Shown here piece after piece: positions 1-9,678 of a stretch of DNA of 64,000 nt. The notes under the pieces were generated by a model. It saw only the letters and a list, made by a program, of their open reading frames with translations, was not told where the DNA came from and did no database searches. The position numbers and the translations under genes are program-made. The stretch is from contig JAKAIX010000002.1 of the NCBI GenBank assembly GCA_021814165.1, positions 69,371 through 133,370 on the forward strand, in the 5' to 3' direction. Source of the DNA: a bacterium. Its GTDB lineage: Bacteria; Patescibacteriota; Minisyncoccia; UBA6257; GWB1-50-10. Numbering within the stretch: the stretch's first letter is position 1; each line of letters opens with the position of its first letter.

Positions 1-1
1 C

Positions 2-706
2 GGAGTAACTCCGGAAACACTTTCCGCGACCAGGGCGGCGCTTCGCGTGAAAGGCGGGAGGGTCGGGGTCGTAACGACGGGAGGCCCGCTTCTTCGTCTT
101 GCCGAAACAAAAGGATTGTCTCGCGTGACATTTCGTGCGGGAGACTTGACACCGCGGGAATCCCATGCTTATATGTATTACGCTATCATCGAGATGGTGC
201 GGAAGATGCTTCCTCTGAAGACGCCGACTATCTCGAGATCATTCTCTCCTTCCAAACTGCGCACGCAAGGGAAACGTTACGCGAAAAGGATTCGCGGCGT
301 ACCGACGCTCATTTACGCTCCATCCGCCGACGCGCATTTGGGATACATCTGGAAGAGGAACCTGAACGAGACGGGAAAAATCCCTGCTTTTACGCATCAA
401 TATCCAGAACTCTATCACGAAGAAATAGCGGGTTTTGAGAAAAAAAAGACGCACTGGAACGCACTTTGGATTATGAGTCCGCGGCTCCGGCGGGAAGAAA
501 AGAAAAAAATAGAGCGCGCGCAATCGATTCTCGCAACATACGGAGTAACAAGCTTCTCAATTCCACTCCACGGAAACAATAAACTTGAAGAGCTTTGGAA
601 TTCGGAAGTACTTTCTCATTGGGTTTCTTATTACTTGGCAAAAGCGGGGGGGCTTGATCCGAAAGCAATCCCCATTATTACCAAGCTGAAAAGTTTGAAA
701 AAGTAA
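2..706 (+). CDS. Bifunctional phosphoglucose/phosphomannose isomerase-like SIS-domain protein, 5' truncated by the window
   Basis: Frame is open from the window start (GVTPETLSA resembles the SIS SGxTxET motif). WKRNLNETGKIPAF..YPELYHEEI resembles the PGI/PMI C-terminal NEN-K...PE-xHNE signature. Confidence 0.7.
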   Translation, partial: GVTPETLSATRAALRVKGGRVGVVTTGGPLLRLAETKGLSRVTFRAGDLTPRESHAYMYYAIIEMVRKMLPLKTPTISRSFSPSKLRTQGKRYAKRIRGVPTLIYAPSADAHLGYIWKRNLNETGKIPAFTHQYPELYHEEIAGFEKKKTHWNALWIMSPRLRREEKKKIERAQSILATYGVTSFSIPLHGNNKLEELWNSEVLSHWVSYYLAKAGGLDPKAIPIITKLKSLKK

Positions 707-712
707 CGCGTC

Positions 713-796
713 GCCGAGGTGGCGAAACTGGCAGACGCACTGGCTTCAGGAGTCAGCGACCGCAAGGTCTTGGGAGTTCAAATCTCCCCCTCGGCA
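713..796 (+). tRNA. tRNA-Leu(CAG)
   Basis: GCCGAGG/CCTCGGC-A acceptor stem, anticodon arm CTGGC-TTCAGGA-GTCAG, long variable arm, GTTCAAATC T-loop. Confidence 0.95.
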
Positions 797-805
797 CAAA
801 CAGGA

Positions 806-963
806 ATTTTCAATTATCAATTTCCAATTTTTCCGCCGAAGGCGGGTCATCCTTCGAAGGACAATCAATTTCGTAATTGTAAAATTTTCAAATTGAAAAT
901 TCACTGTCTCCCTACGGGAGATGTTCCGAAGGGACAAAAATTGATCATTGGAAATTGAAAATT
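806..963. repeat. Composite inverted structure of 7-bp AT-rich repeats enclosing double-hairpin mini-elements
   Basis: AATTTTCAATT...AATTGAAAATT outer arms. Inner elements are CCGCCGAAGGCGG/TCCTTCGAAGGA and TCTCCCTACGGGAGA/TGTTCCGAAGGGACA. Confidence 0.65.
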
Positions 964-1047
964 AATAAAGTAAATAGCTTTTTCCGCCTTATCCCGAATT
1001 CGGAGTAATGTCGAAATTCCAGAGCGGGTGAAAAGAGTTAATAAAAT

Positions 1048-2772
1048 ATGCCACGAATGGCACAACACAGGACAAGGAGGTCCTCGGATCACGAAACACT
1101 CCAAAAAGAAAAAGGTCACGTCAATCTCATTCCCTTGGGCGGGCTTGAGGAAATCGGACGTAATATGTCCTACGTCGAATACAAAGATGAGATCGTCATC
1201 GTCGACGCGGGCATCCAGTTTCCCGAAGAAACGACGCCGGGCGTTGATTTCATCATTCCGAACGTGAGTTCGCTTGAATCGAAGAAATCACATATCAAGG
1301 CGCTTGTGCTCACGCACGCACACTTCGATCATATTGGTGCGCTCCCCTATCTCACCGAAAGATTGGGGAATCCGCCGATTTACACGATGGAGCTCACAAA
1401 AGCCCTGATCGAAAAGCGGCAGAACGAGTTTACGAATGCGCCGAAGCTCGTTGTCGAAACCGTAAAATACGGCGACAAGAAGAGGGTCGGCCAATATCTC
1501 GAACTTGAGTTCTTCGGCGTGGACCACACGGTGCCCGAAACGAGCGGCATCGTTATAAAAACACCCATCGGGAACATCGTGCACTTCGCCGATTTCCGTC
1601 TCGAATACAACGAGAAGGGTGAGCCGCAGAACACGGCGGAGTTCAAGCGCATCGGAGAAATGGGGGTGCATACCTTCATGATCGACAGCACGAATGCCGA
1701 GGAGGAGGGGCACTCGCTCTCCGAAAAGAATATCGAGAAAAATCTCGAGAAACTTTTTGAACAGGCACAGGGACGCATCATTCTTACCACGTTTTCCTCA
1801 ATGCTCACCCGTATCGCGGAGATCATCAAAATTGCGGAACGGCTCGGGCGAAAGGTTTCTATCAACGGCCGCTCAATGAAGGAAGGGGTTCAAATCGCCC
1901 AGTCCCTCGGCTATATCAAATCGAAGAAAGATACCTTAATTCCGGTCGAGGACATACACAAACACAAAGACAATAAAGTGCTGATCCTTACGACCGGCTC
2001 GCAGGGACAGGAAAACGCGGGACTTATGAGAATTATGACGGGCGAGCATCGCTACATCCGCATCAAGCCCGGTGACATGGTTCTCTTTTCCTCTTCGGCA
2101 ATTCCCGGAAATGAACGGAGCATCCAGACATTAAAAGACAACCTAAGCAGACAGGGAGCGCTCGTTATTACTTCTTCGATCATCGATATCCACGTCAGCG
2201 GTCATGCGCCGAAAGGAGATTTGGAGGCGGTGATAAAACTCATCAAGCCGAAATTTCTTATGCCGGTGCACGGTTACTACTTTATGCGTTTCGCAAACGG
2301 CCAGAACGGCGTCGCGGCGGGACTCAGGCCCGATCAAGTGCGCCTTATGGATAACGGACAAATTGCGCACCTTACCGAACATGAGTTCGTAATTACCAAG
2401 GAAACGGTGCCCGCGAACTATGTGCTTGTTGACGGGCTGGGAGTCGGCGATGTAGGCGAGGTGGTACTTCGCGACCGACGCATGCTCTCGCAGGAAGGCA
2501 TGTTCGTGATTATCACGACTATCGATAAGAAGACGGGAAGAGTGCTCAAAAATCCCGACATCATCTCGCGCGGATTCATTTATCTCAAGGAAAATCAGAC
2601 GCTCCTGGATGAGATACGGAAACGGGTGCGCGGCATCATCGGCCGCATCCCCCGCTATCAACCGCTCGATGCGGATTACGTGAAATCGCTTATCCGCGAT
2701 CAGGTGGGGCAGTTTCTCTATAACAAGACGAAGAGACGTCCCATGGTACTTCCGGTACTCATCGAAATCTAA
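1048..2772 (+). CDS. rnj: Ribonuclease J
   Basis: PLGGLEEIGRNM, THAHFDHIG, DSTNAE, HVSGHA, PVHG and the C-terminal RRPMVLPV. Confidence 0.96.
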   Translation: MPRMAQHRTRRSSDHETLQKEKGHVNLIPLGGLEEIGRNMSYVEYKDEIVIVDAGIQFPEETTPGVDFIIPNVSSLESKKSHIKALVLTHAHFDHIGALPYLTERLGNPPIYTMELTKALIEKRQNEFTNAPKLVVETVKYGDKKRVGQYLELEFFGVDHTVPETSGIVIKTPIGNIVHFADFRLEYNEKGEPQNTAEFKRIGEMGVHTFMIDSTNAEEEGHSLSEKNIEKNLEKLFEQAQGRIILTTFSSMLTRIAEIIKIAERLGRKVSINGRSMKEGVQIAQSLGYIKSKKDTLIPVEDIHKHKDNKVLILTTGSQGQENAGLMRIMTGEHRYIRIKPGDMVLFSSSAIPGNERSIQTLKDNLSRQGALVITSSIIDIHVSGHAPKGDLEAVIKLIKPKFLMPVHGYYFMRFANGQNGVAAGLRPDQVRLMDNGQIAHLTEHEFVITKETVPANYVLVDGLGVGDVGEVVLRDRRMLSQEGMFVIITTIDKKTGRVLKNPDIISRGFIYLKENQTLLDEIRKRVRGIIGRIPRYQPLDADYVKSLIRDQVGQFLYNKTKRRPMVLPVLIEI

Positions 2773-2786
2773 TTTTGGGAAGATTG

Positions 2787-2893
2787 GAAGCCGGGCCTCC
2801 GTGACCTGCCTGCGCAGGCAGGGGAAGCCCGGCTTCCATGTTTTTATCGTTGCTCGCTGGAGGCCGTACCTCCGTTAGGAGGTCCGGCCTCCT
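2787..2893. repeat. REP-like palindromes (GAAGCCGGGCCTC / GAGGCCGTACCTC family) with a nested CCTGCCTGCGCAGGCAGG
   Basis: Inverted repeats visible by eye; related copies at 9580, 21278 and 23094. Confidence 0.7.
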
Positions 2894-2955
2894 TATATTG
2901 ACGTCATTAATGATCCGTCTTGCACAACCTACGATCACAAATTACCATACTACAT

Positions 2956-3939
2956 ATGAAACCAATCCTCGTATCGGGAATCCAGCCGACGGGAAAATTG
3001 CATATCGGAAATTACCTCGGCGCGCTCAAGAACTTCGTGGCTCTCCAAAACACGGGGAAGTTCCAGTGTTTTTTCTTTGTCGCAGATCTCCACTCCATGA
3101 CCGAGGAATTCAATCCGAAAGAGAAGTCGAAACAGGTCGAGAATCTCATTCTCGACTTTCTCGCGGCGGGGATCGACACAAAAAAATCGACGCTCTTCGT
3201 ACAGTCGGCAATCCCCGCTCACAGCGAACTCGCATGGATTTTGAACACCATCACTTCCTTCGGAGAACTGCGCCGCATGACGCAGTTCAAAGAAAAGACG
3301 GGTGAGGAGTATGAAACGACAAACGTCGGTCTTTTCGACTATCCCGTCCTTATGGCAGCGGATATTCTGCTTTACAGCGCGAAGTTCGTTCCTGTAGGCG
3401 ATGATCAACTCCAACACCTCGAACTCACCCGTACGCTCGCTCGGAAGTTTAACTCGAAATTCGGGAACACATTCTTTGAGCCGAAACCGCTCCTGACAGA
3501 AGTTCCCCGTCTTATGAGCTTGGACGACCCGACAAAGAAGATGTCGAAATCACGCCCCGAGGGATGTCTTTTTCTCGACGATGAACCGGAGGTAATCAGA
3601 AAGAAAATTATGCGCGCCGTTACAGACTCGGATACGGAGGTGCGCGCCGATCGCGATCGAAAACCGGCGGTTACGAATCTTATCAGAATCTATTCCGCAA
3701 TGAGCGGCAAGGACGCACTTCAGATTCAGGAGCGCTTTAGGGGAAAGGGGTATGGGGAGTTCAAAAAAGAACTTGCGGAGACCGTCATACAAGGACTTGC
3801 GCCGTTCCAAAAAAGAAAGAAAGAACTCAAGAAAAAACGGGCAGTAATCATGGGGCAGGTCGCCGCGGGAAACAAGAAGGCAAATGTGATCGCTTGGAAA
3901 AAACTTGCGGAAGCAAAGAAAAAAACCGGCCTCGTTTGA
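2956..3939 (+). CDS. trpS: Tryptophanyl-tRNA synthetase
   Basis: SGIQPTGKLHIGNYLG, YPVLMAADILLY, VPVGDDQLQHLE and KMSKS. Start moved to ATG 2956. Confidence 0.96.
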   Translation: MKPILVSGIQPTGKLHIGNYLGALKNFVALQNTGKFQCFFFVADLHSMTEEFNPKEKSKQVENLILDFLAAGIDTKKSTLFVQSAIPAHSELAWILNTITSFGELRRMTQFKEKTGEEYETTNVGLFDYPVLMAADILLYSAKFVPVGDDQLQHLELTRTLARKFNSKFGNTFFEPKPLLTEVPRLMSLDDPTKKMSKSRPEGCLFLDDEPEVIRKKIMRAVTDSDTEVRADRDRKPAVTNLIRIYSAMSGKDALQIQERFRGKGYGEFKKELAETVIQGLAPFQKRKKELKKKRAVIMGQVAAGNKKANVIAWKKLAEAKKKTGLV

Positions 3940-3993
3940 CAGGAAAACACAAAAAGAACTAGAGTAATAACGGGTCGGAAAAAAATAATATTT

Positions 3994-4158
3994 ATGAACA
4001 CCGAAAAATTCCAAGAGGAAGAAACACCACAGGAAGAGAGTGCAAAAACGGAGCAGCTCTATCCAACTGCGGACGGGATGTTTCTAACCGAGCAAGAAAA
4101 AAGGAGCCAGGACGAGGAGAAAAAAGCAAACCCGAATTGGTATCACGAACAAGAATAA
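3994..4158 (+). CDS. Small acidic hypothetical protein (54 aa, MNTEKFQEEE...NPNWYHEQE)
   Basis: Clean ORF below the track cut-off, lying between trpS and a terminator. Confidence 0.5.
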   Translation: MNTEKFQEEETPQEESAKTEQLYPTADGMFLTEQEKRSQDEEKKANPNWYHEQE

Positions 4159-4190
4159 AGAAAACCGCGGCCTAGGCCGCGGTTTTCTTT
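4158..4190. terminator. Bidirectional intrinsic terminator
   Basis: AAGAAAACCGCGGCC-TA-GGCCGCGGTTTTCTT between convergent genes. Confidence 0.85.
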
Positions 4191-4225
4191 CAATCTTCAC
4201 CACCTCTCTCTTCCCTACTAACCTG

Positions 4226-7200
4226 CTATAATCTCCTTAATCCTATCCAGATTTTGAGCTCATCGAGCTCGGTATCAAGCTCCGCATCGAACTTCTCCGA
4301 TCGTTTCCACTCGAAGGACGCTGCTCCCGTTTCTTTCCTGATAAGCGCCTCGTTATTTTCAACGATGTGTTTGAATTCTTTGTTTCCTTCCGTCATAAGC
4401 GCGATTCTGTCCTTCGGCTCCAGTTTCGCGTCCTGGCGCAGGCCCTGAATCATCCTTACCAATTCTCTCAACATCCCCTCCTCCCGAAGTTCGTGCGTAA
4501 TTTCCGTATCAAGTATAAACTCCTCCTTCAGATTCTTATCAAACGTGATTTGCTTCACGTTAACCTCATCCTTCAATATATCAAGCAGTTCTTTCTCATC
4601 CTTTCCGCCAAAGGCGGATCCTCCTTTGGAGGAAATTCTCAATTCCCGTAATGGTTGCCTCACCTTAATTCCCAATTCCGCCCGCTTTGCGAGAACGGCA
4701 CTCGCAAGATCGCGAATTTGTTGCATTGCTCCAAGGAGTTTTTTGTCGATAAGCTTTTTGTCCGCCTTCGTCCATTCGGCCGCATGCACCGACGTGTTTT
4801 TCCCCTCAAGCGACAAATAAAGCGCCTCCGCAAAAAACGGCGTGAAGGGGGCCATGAGTTTCGTAATTTCTTCCAGCACGAACTTCAAGGTGGTTGATGC
4901 GGCGAGATAGTCTTTCTGTGTGTCCGGCTTTTGTAAACGCCTTCGCGAGCGGCGGATATACCATCGGGAGACGTCCCCGACGAACTCCTCGATATTTCTC
5001 GCCGCGATTCCCACTTCGTATATATCGAGGTTCTTCGTCGCGACATCGATAGTCTCATGAAGCCGCGCGAGAATCCACCTGTCGAGAATGTTCGAGGATT
5101 TTATATTTGAAGCTTTGGGTTTCGAATTTTTATCCCCGTATGTTTCATAAAATATGAACGAGTTGTAGATGAGCGAGAAAAACTGCCTCGATACTTTCCC
5201 GAGATCGGCTTCATCGAAGCGCTTCGGTTCGCTGGGAGGATTCACGACATAAAAGTACCAACGGACGGCGTCCGCGCCGTACTTCGCAATCATATCCCAC
5301 GGATTCACGGTGTTCCCTTTTGATTTGGACATCTTGGATCCCTCCTTGTCGAGAATGAGTCCTAGAACAATCACGTTCCGGTAGGGTGACTCGAGCCCTA
5401 AGAGTGTCGCAAGTGCAAGGAGTGTATAGAACCACCCTCTTGTCTGATCCATCGCCTCGCAAATATAGTCGGCGGGAAAGTCGATTGATTTCAGGTGCGT
5501 CCTTAGCTTCTGGTCGGAGAGTTTCAATACATGATCCGTGAGCTTCAAGCTGTTGCCGAAGGGGAAGTGCGCCTGGGCGTACGGCATCGCTCCCGAGTCG
5601 AGCCATACGTCAACCACCTCGGGAGTGCGACGCATCGCCGCCTTGCATTTGGGGCATCTGGTCGGGAGCTCGTCGATGTAGGGCTTATGAAGATCAAACG
5701 CGCCCGTCTCATCTCTCGGTACCAAGCGGAATGTTCCGCGTTCTACCTGCCCGTTTTTTACGTAATCTTCGCCGCGCCTATCCTTCTCCGCGACTGCCTC
5801 GACGCTTGTCCAGCCCTGCATGATGTGTTGCAGCATCCAAACGCATGATTCGTGCGTCACGACGAGAATCGTTTTTCCCGCATACTTCTTTTCGAGATCC
5901 CGTACAAAATCAAAGAGCCGCGCGCGAAGGTCCGCAAAGCTCTCGCCGTTCGGCGCTTGTTTTAAAAATTTCTCATGGCGGGAGCTGTAGTAGCCCTTGT
6001 ACGCCTCATACGGTTTTCCGTTAAAATCACCGAAGTCGAATTCGCGAATGCGCGGATCGAAAAGTACGGTTCCGAGAGAGAGTTGTTTCTTGAATATTTC
6101 CGCACTTTCTTTTGTGCGGGTGAGATCGGACGCAAACACGAGATCCACTTTGTCCTTTTTAATTTCCTTCGCCGCCGCCTCGATCTGTTTTCTCCCCTTA
6201 AGTGTGAGATGATACGGCTTCCTCTCGGGCCAACTGATAACCATGTGCTGAATGTTGCTCTCCGCTTCTCCGTGGCGCACGAAGATGTATTTATTGGCGC
6301 TTTTCGGCGCGAGGAGCTCAAGTTCCCTTACGCTTCCCGCGCAGTACCCCTTGCCGCATTTTTCGCACTGCCACACGGGGAGCGGCGTTCCCCAGTAACG
6401 ATCCCGCGACACCGCCCAATCCTTCACCTCGCGAAGCCATTCGCCGAACCTGCCGTCTCGAATCGTTTCCGGGACCCAGTTGATTTTTTTATTTGACGCG
6501 AGAAGTTTCGACCGGAGCTTGCTCATAGCGATAAACCATGAGTCGCGCGCGTAATACAGGAGCGGCGTACCGCACCTCCAGCAGAACGGATAGTCGTGGG
6601 TGTAAAGTTCGGTTTTAAAAAGGAGTTTTCTTTTCTTGAGATATTCAAGAATTTTATTCGTCGTTTCCGTTTCCGTCTTCTCGTCCTTCGATTTCACTGT
6701 CATTCCTTCGAATCCCTTCACGTCTCCCGTGAATCTCCCCCGCTCGTCCACCGTATGATGCTGGGGAAGCCCGATTTTTGTTCCGAGATTGTAATCGTCC
6801 TCGCCGTACATTACCGCGGTATGCACGACGCCCGTACCGTCAGTCGTCGTCACGAAGTCAGCGAGATATATCTTGTAGGAGGTCTCTGATTTAAGCGCCG
6901 GCACGTCGAAGAGCGGCTCATACTCAAGCCCGACCAGGTCGTTCCCGCTTAAAGTGGCAAGTGTCTCGTATTTCGTATCAAATATTTTATCCGCTAAATC
7001 CGCGGCAACAATAAAGTTTTCCCCGGTATTCTTAATACTCACTACTTGATACTTGATGCTCTTCCCTACCGCGAGCGCCACGTTTCCCGGTAACGTCCAC
7101 GGCGTCGTCGTCCAAGAGAGAATATAAGTATCACCGCGAGTTTTTAGTTTCGGGTTTTTAGTTTTTAGTTTAAATTTTATATATACGGAGGTGTCTTGCG

Positions 7201-7798
7201 TCTCCTTATACCCTTGTGCAATTTCATGCGACGAAAGCGCCGTACCGCATCGCGTGCACCACGGCACCACTTTGTGTCCCTTGTAGAGCAACTTCTTCTC
7301 CCATACCTGTTTCAAAATAAACCAGATCGACTCCATGTAGTCGTTCTCGTAAGTCACGTAAGGATGCTTCATGTCGAGCCAGAATCCGATTCGGTTCGTG
7401 AGTTTCTCCCACTCGTCCTGATACTGCCAGACCGATTTTCTGCACTCCTGGTTAAACTTCGAAACGCCATACGACTCGATTTCCTTCTTTGATTTGATGC
7501 CGAGCTTTTTCTCGACCTCGAGCTCCACCGGAAGCCCGTGCGTATCCCATCCCGCGCGGCGCGGCACGTAGAAACCTCTCATCGACTTGTAGCGGAGTAT
7601 GATGTCCTTGAAAGAGCGTGCAAGCACGTGATGGAGGCCCGGTCGGCCGTTCGCCGTCGGAGGACCTTCATAAAACACGAATTTTTTGCTCTTCTTGCGG
7701 GAGGTGAGCGTTTTTTCAAATATTGCGTTTGTGTGCCAGAACTCAAGTACTTTTTCCTCGATCTCCGGAAGCGAAAATTTCGAAAGCCTTCGTAGCAT
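4226..7798 (-). CDS. ileS: Isoleucyl-tRNA synthetase (type 2) with an inserted histidine-phosphatase domain
   Basis: YEGPPTANG, GWDTHGLPVE, WTTTPWTLPGN, GTGVVH, DQTRGWFY and KMSKS. Internal VRHGEA...THE domain. Confidence 0.95.
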   Translation of the reverse strand: MLRRLSKFSLPEIEEKVLEFWHTNAIFEKTLTSRKKSKKFVFYEGPPTANGRPGLHHVLARSFKDIILRYKSMRGFYVPRRAGWDTHGLPVELEVEKKLGIKSKKEIESYGVSKFNQECRKSVWQYQDEWEKLTNRIGFWLDMKHPYVTYENDYMESIWFILKQVWEKKLLYKGHKVVPWCTRCGTALSSHEIAQGYKETQDTSVYIKFKLKTKNPKLKTRGDTYILSWTTTPWTLPGNVALAVGKSIKYQVVSIKNTGENFIVAADLADKIFDTKYETLATLSGNDLVGLEYEPLFDVPALKSETSYKIYLADFVTTTDGTGVVHTAVMYGEDDYNLGTKIGLPQHHTVDERGRFTGDVKGFEGMTVKSKDEKTETETTNKILEYLKKRKLLFKTELYTHDYPFCWRCGTPLLYYARDSWFIAMSKLRSKLLASNKKINWVPETIRDGRFGEWLREVKDWAVSRDRYWGTPLPVWQCEKCGKGYCAGSVRELELLAPKSANKYIFVRHGEAESNIQHMVISWPERKPYHLTLKGRKQIEAAAKEIKKDKVDLVFASDLTRTKESAEIFKKQLSLGTVLFDPRIREFDFGDFNGKPYEAYKGYYSSRHEKFLKQAPNGESFADLRARLFDFVRDLEKKYAGKTILVVTHESCVWMLQHIMQGWTSVEAVAEKDRRGEDYVKNGQVERGTFRLVPRDETGAFDLHKPYIDELPTRCPKCKAAMRRTPEVVDVWLDSGAMPYAQAHFPFGNSLKLTDHVLKLSDQKLRTHLKSIDFPADYICEAMDQTRGWFYTLLALATLLGLESPYRNVIVLGLILDKEGSKMSKSKGNTVNPWDMIAKYGADAVRWYFYVVNPPSEPKRFDEADLGKVSRQFFSLIYNSFIFYETYGDKNSKPKASNIKSSNILDRWILARLHETIDVATKNLDIYEVGIAARNIEEFVGDVSRWYIRRSRRRLQKPDTQKDYLAASTTLKFVLEEITKLMAPFTPFFAEALYLSLEGKNTSVHAAEWTKADKKLIDKKLLGAMQQIRDLASAVLAKRAELGIKVRQPLRELRISSKGGSAFGGKDEKELLDILKDEVNVKQITFDKNLKEEFILDTEITHELREEGMLRELVRMIQGLRQDAKLEPKDRIALMTEGNKEFKHIVENNEALIRKETGAASFEWKRSEKFDAELDTELDELKIWIGLRRL

Positions 7799-7936
7799 GC
7801 TAACTATTGTAATAGGGACCTAGCTTTTTCGCAAAAATTCGGAATATTGGAGGCCGGGCTCCTATTGGGAACTAAACCTTCTGAAAACGTGCTGCCTCAA
7901 AATCTATGCATATGCACAAATTTTGAGGCAGGTCGC

Positions 7937-9529
7937 TTACATCTTTTTTGGGGCGCTGATACCGATCGTCGAAAAGAGATTCTCAAATATAATGCATGTT
8001 GCGGCAACGAGTGCGACGCGCGCATCGCTGATTCCTTTTTCTTCTCCCGCCACGCGCTCCGCTTCGTAGAAGTTATGGAATGTCTTTGCGAGCTCCGATG
8101 CGTATCGCGTGAGGCGGTGGACGCCGTAGTCGCGGGCGGCATCCTCGATAATCTCAGGAAACCGCGCAAGTTCGCGGATGAGGCCTATATCATGCACGGT
8201 CGAGAGTTTCGTAACGTCGAAGTTCTTCGACGCGGTTGTTATCTTCATCTTCGTGAGAATATTCTTCGCGCGCACATACGCATACTGAACGTAATACACG
8301 GGGTTTTTCTGCGATCTCTCTTTCGCGAGCGCGAGATCGAAATCCATATGCGTTTCCGGAGCGATCATGAGAAAAAAGAATCGCGCCACATCGGCTCCCA
8401 CCTCGTCCACAAGCTCCTCGAACGTCACGAATTTTCCTTTCCGTTTGGACATTTTTACCAACTCTCCTTGTTCCATAAGGCGAATCGCCTGTGTGACAAG
8501 TACGGTCGATTCTTTGAACCCGAGGATTTTCGCGACGGCTTGGATGCGCGCCACATAGCCGTAATGATCCGGCCCCAGAATGTTGATCTTAGTATCAAAT
8601 CCGCGTTGCTTCGTTTGGAGATAATGCCCGGCATCCGCAAGAAAATACGTCGGATTCCCCTCCTTTGTGATAATTACCCGGTCCTTGTCGTCGCCGAACG
8701 CGGTCGTCTTGAGCCACGTTGCTCCGTCCTCTTCGAATACAAAATTTTTCTTCTTAAAGAGCGTGAGCACTTTCTTGACGAGGCCGGTCGTATGGATCTG
8801 TTTCTCGGAGGTAAAACGATCGAATTTGATCCTCGCTTTTTTCTGTACGGCAGTTTTGATAAACCTGAGAAAGTCTTTCGCGGCGCGCTCTCCCAGGGAA
8901 AGCGGCTTTCCCTTCATGCTCTCGATAAGCGCGCGGTGACCGTCCGCCCATTCTTTTACATAATCACCCTTGTAGTACTCCTCCGAGTCGGGAATGATTC
9001 CTCCCGCGGCAAGTATGGATTTCCCCAGGTTCAATACCTGATTTCCCGTGTCGTTCACGTAATACTCCCGCTCCACCTTTGCGCCCGCGCGCGCGAGCAC
9101 GTTTCCCAGGGCGTCGCCCAAAAATCCTCCCCTGCCGTTCGCGAGCGTAAGCGGCCCCGTCGGATTCGCCGAGATGAACTCAAGCTGGACTTTCTTCTTG
9201 AGGAGCTTGAGTGTTCCGTACTTCTTCTTCTCGTTCAAAATCCGCTTCAGCTCCTCTTCGAGTACGTTGCTGCTTACCGAAAAATTAATGAATCCGGGGC
9301 CCGCAACTTCCACTTTCTCGAAAAAACCCTTAGGCGCTTTTACCCCGATGCTGTCCGCGATCTTCGTTGCGATCTCCCGCGGATTCTTTTTCTCCGCCTT
9401 TGCGAGCTGGAATGCGACCATCGTTGCGTAGTGCGCCTCCTGATGTTCCTCGGCAACCCGCACGTCGAATACCGTCCCCTTGGGAACCGCTTTCGCGACG
9501 ATTGCCGTAATCCTCGATCGAATACCCAT
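7937..9529 (-). CDS. argS: Arginyl-tRNA synthetase
   Basis: EFISANPTGP, EYYVNDTGNQ, FGDDKDRV, KMSKRKG, NPVYYVQYA and the C-terminal SAPKKM. Confidence 0.95.
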   Translation of the reverse strand: MGIRSRITAIVAKAVPKGTVFDVRVAEEHQEAHYATMVAFQLAKAEKKNPREIATKIADSIGVKAPKGFFEKVEVAGPGFINFSVSSNVLEEELKRILNEKKKYGTLKLLKKKVQLEFISANPTGPLTLANGRGGFLGDALGNVLARAGAKVEREYYVNDTGNQVLNLGKSILAAGGIIPDSEEYYKGDYVKEWADGHRALIESMKGKPLSLGERAAKDFLRFIKTAVQKKARIKFDRFTSEKQIHTTGLVKKVLTLFKKKNFVFEEDGATWLKTTAFGDDKDRVIITKEGNPTYFLADAGHYLQTKQRGFDTKINILGPDHYGYVARIQAVAKILGFKESTVLVTQAIRLMEQGELVKMSKRKGKFVTFEELVDEVGADVARFFFLMIAPETHMDFDLALAKERSQKNPVYYVQYAYVRAKNILTKMKITTASKNFDVTKLSTVHDIGLIRELARFPEIIEDAARDYGVHRLTRYASELAKTFHNFYEAERVAGEEKGISDARVALVAATCIIFENLFSTIGISAPKKM

Positions 9530-9650
9530 TATTAATTAATGTAACGCGTTACCGACAAAACCTCCAGTCGCTTAAGGAGGAAGCCCGGCCTCCGATCGGA
9601 GGCCGGGCTTCCTTATATTAATCCGTCCGTAATTTTTGATTCCTAATTTG

Positions 9651-9678
9651 TAATTCCCGTTACACGACTTCTGCTTGA
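9651..9678. repeat. 28-bp direct repeat, copy 1 (TAATTCCCGTTACACGACTTCTGCTTGA)
   Basis: Identical to 11429-11456. Confidence 0.9.

Noticed and set aside
719-958. 79-aa ORF and overlapping minus-strand ORFs
   Set aside because: They overlap tRNA-Leu and the heptamer repeats.
7847-9535. 562-aa plus-strand ORF
   Set aside because: It is the antisense shadow of argS and has no recognisable motifs.
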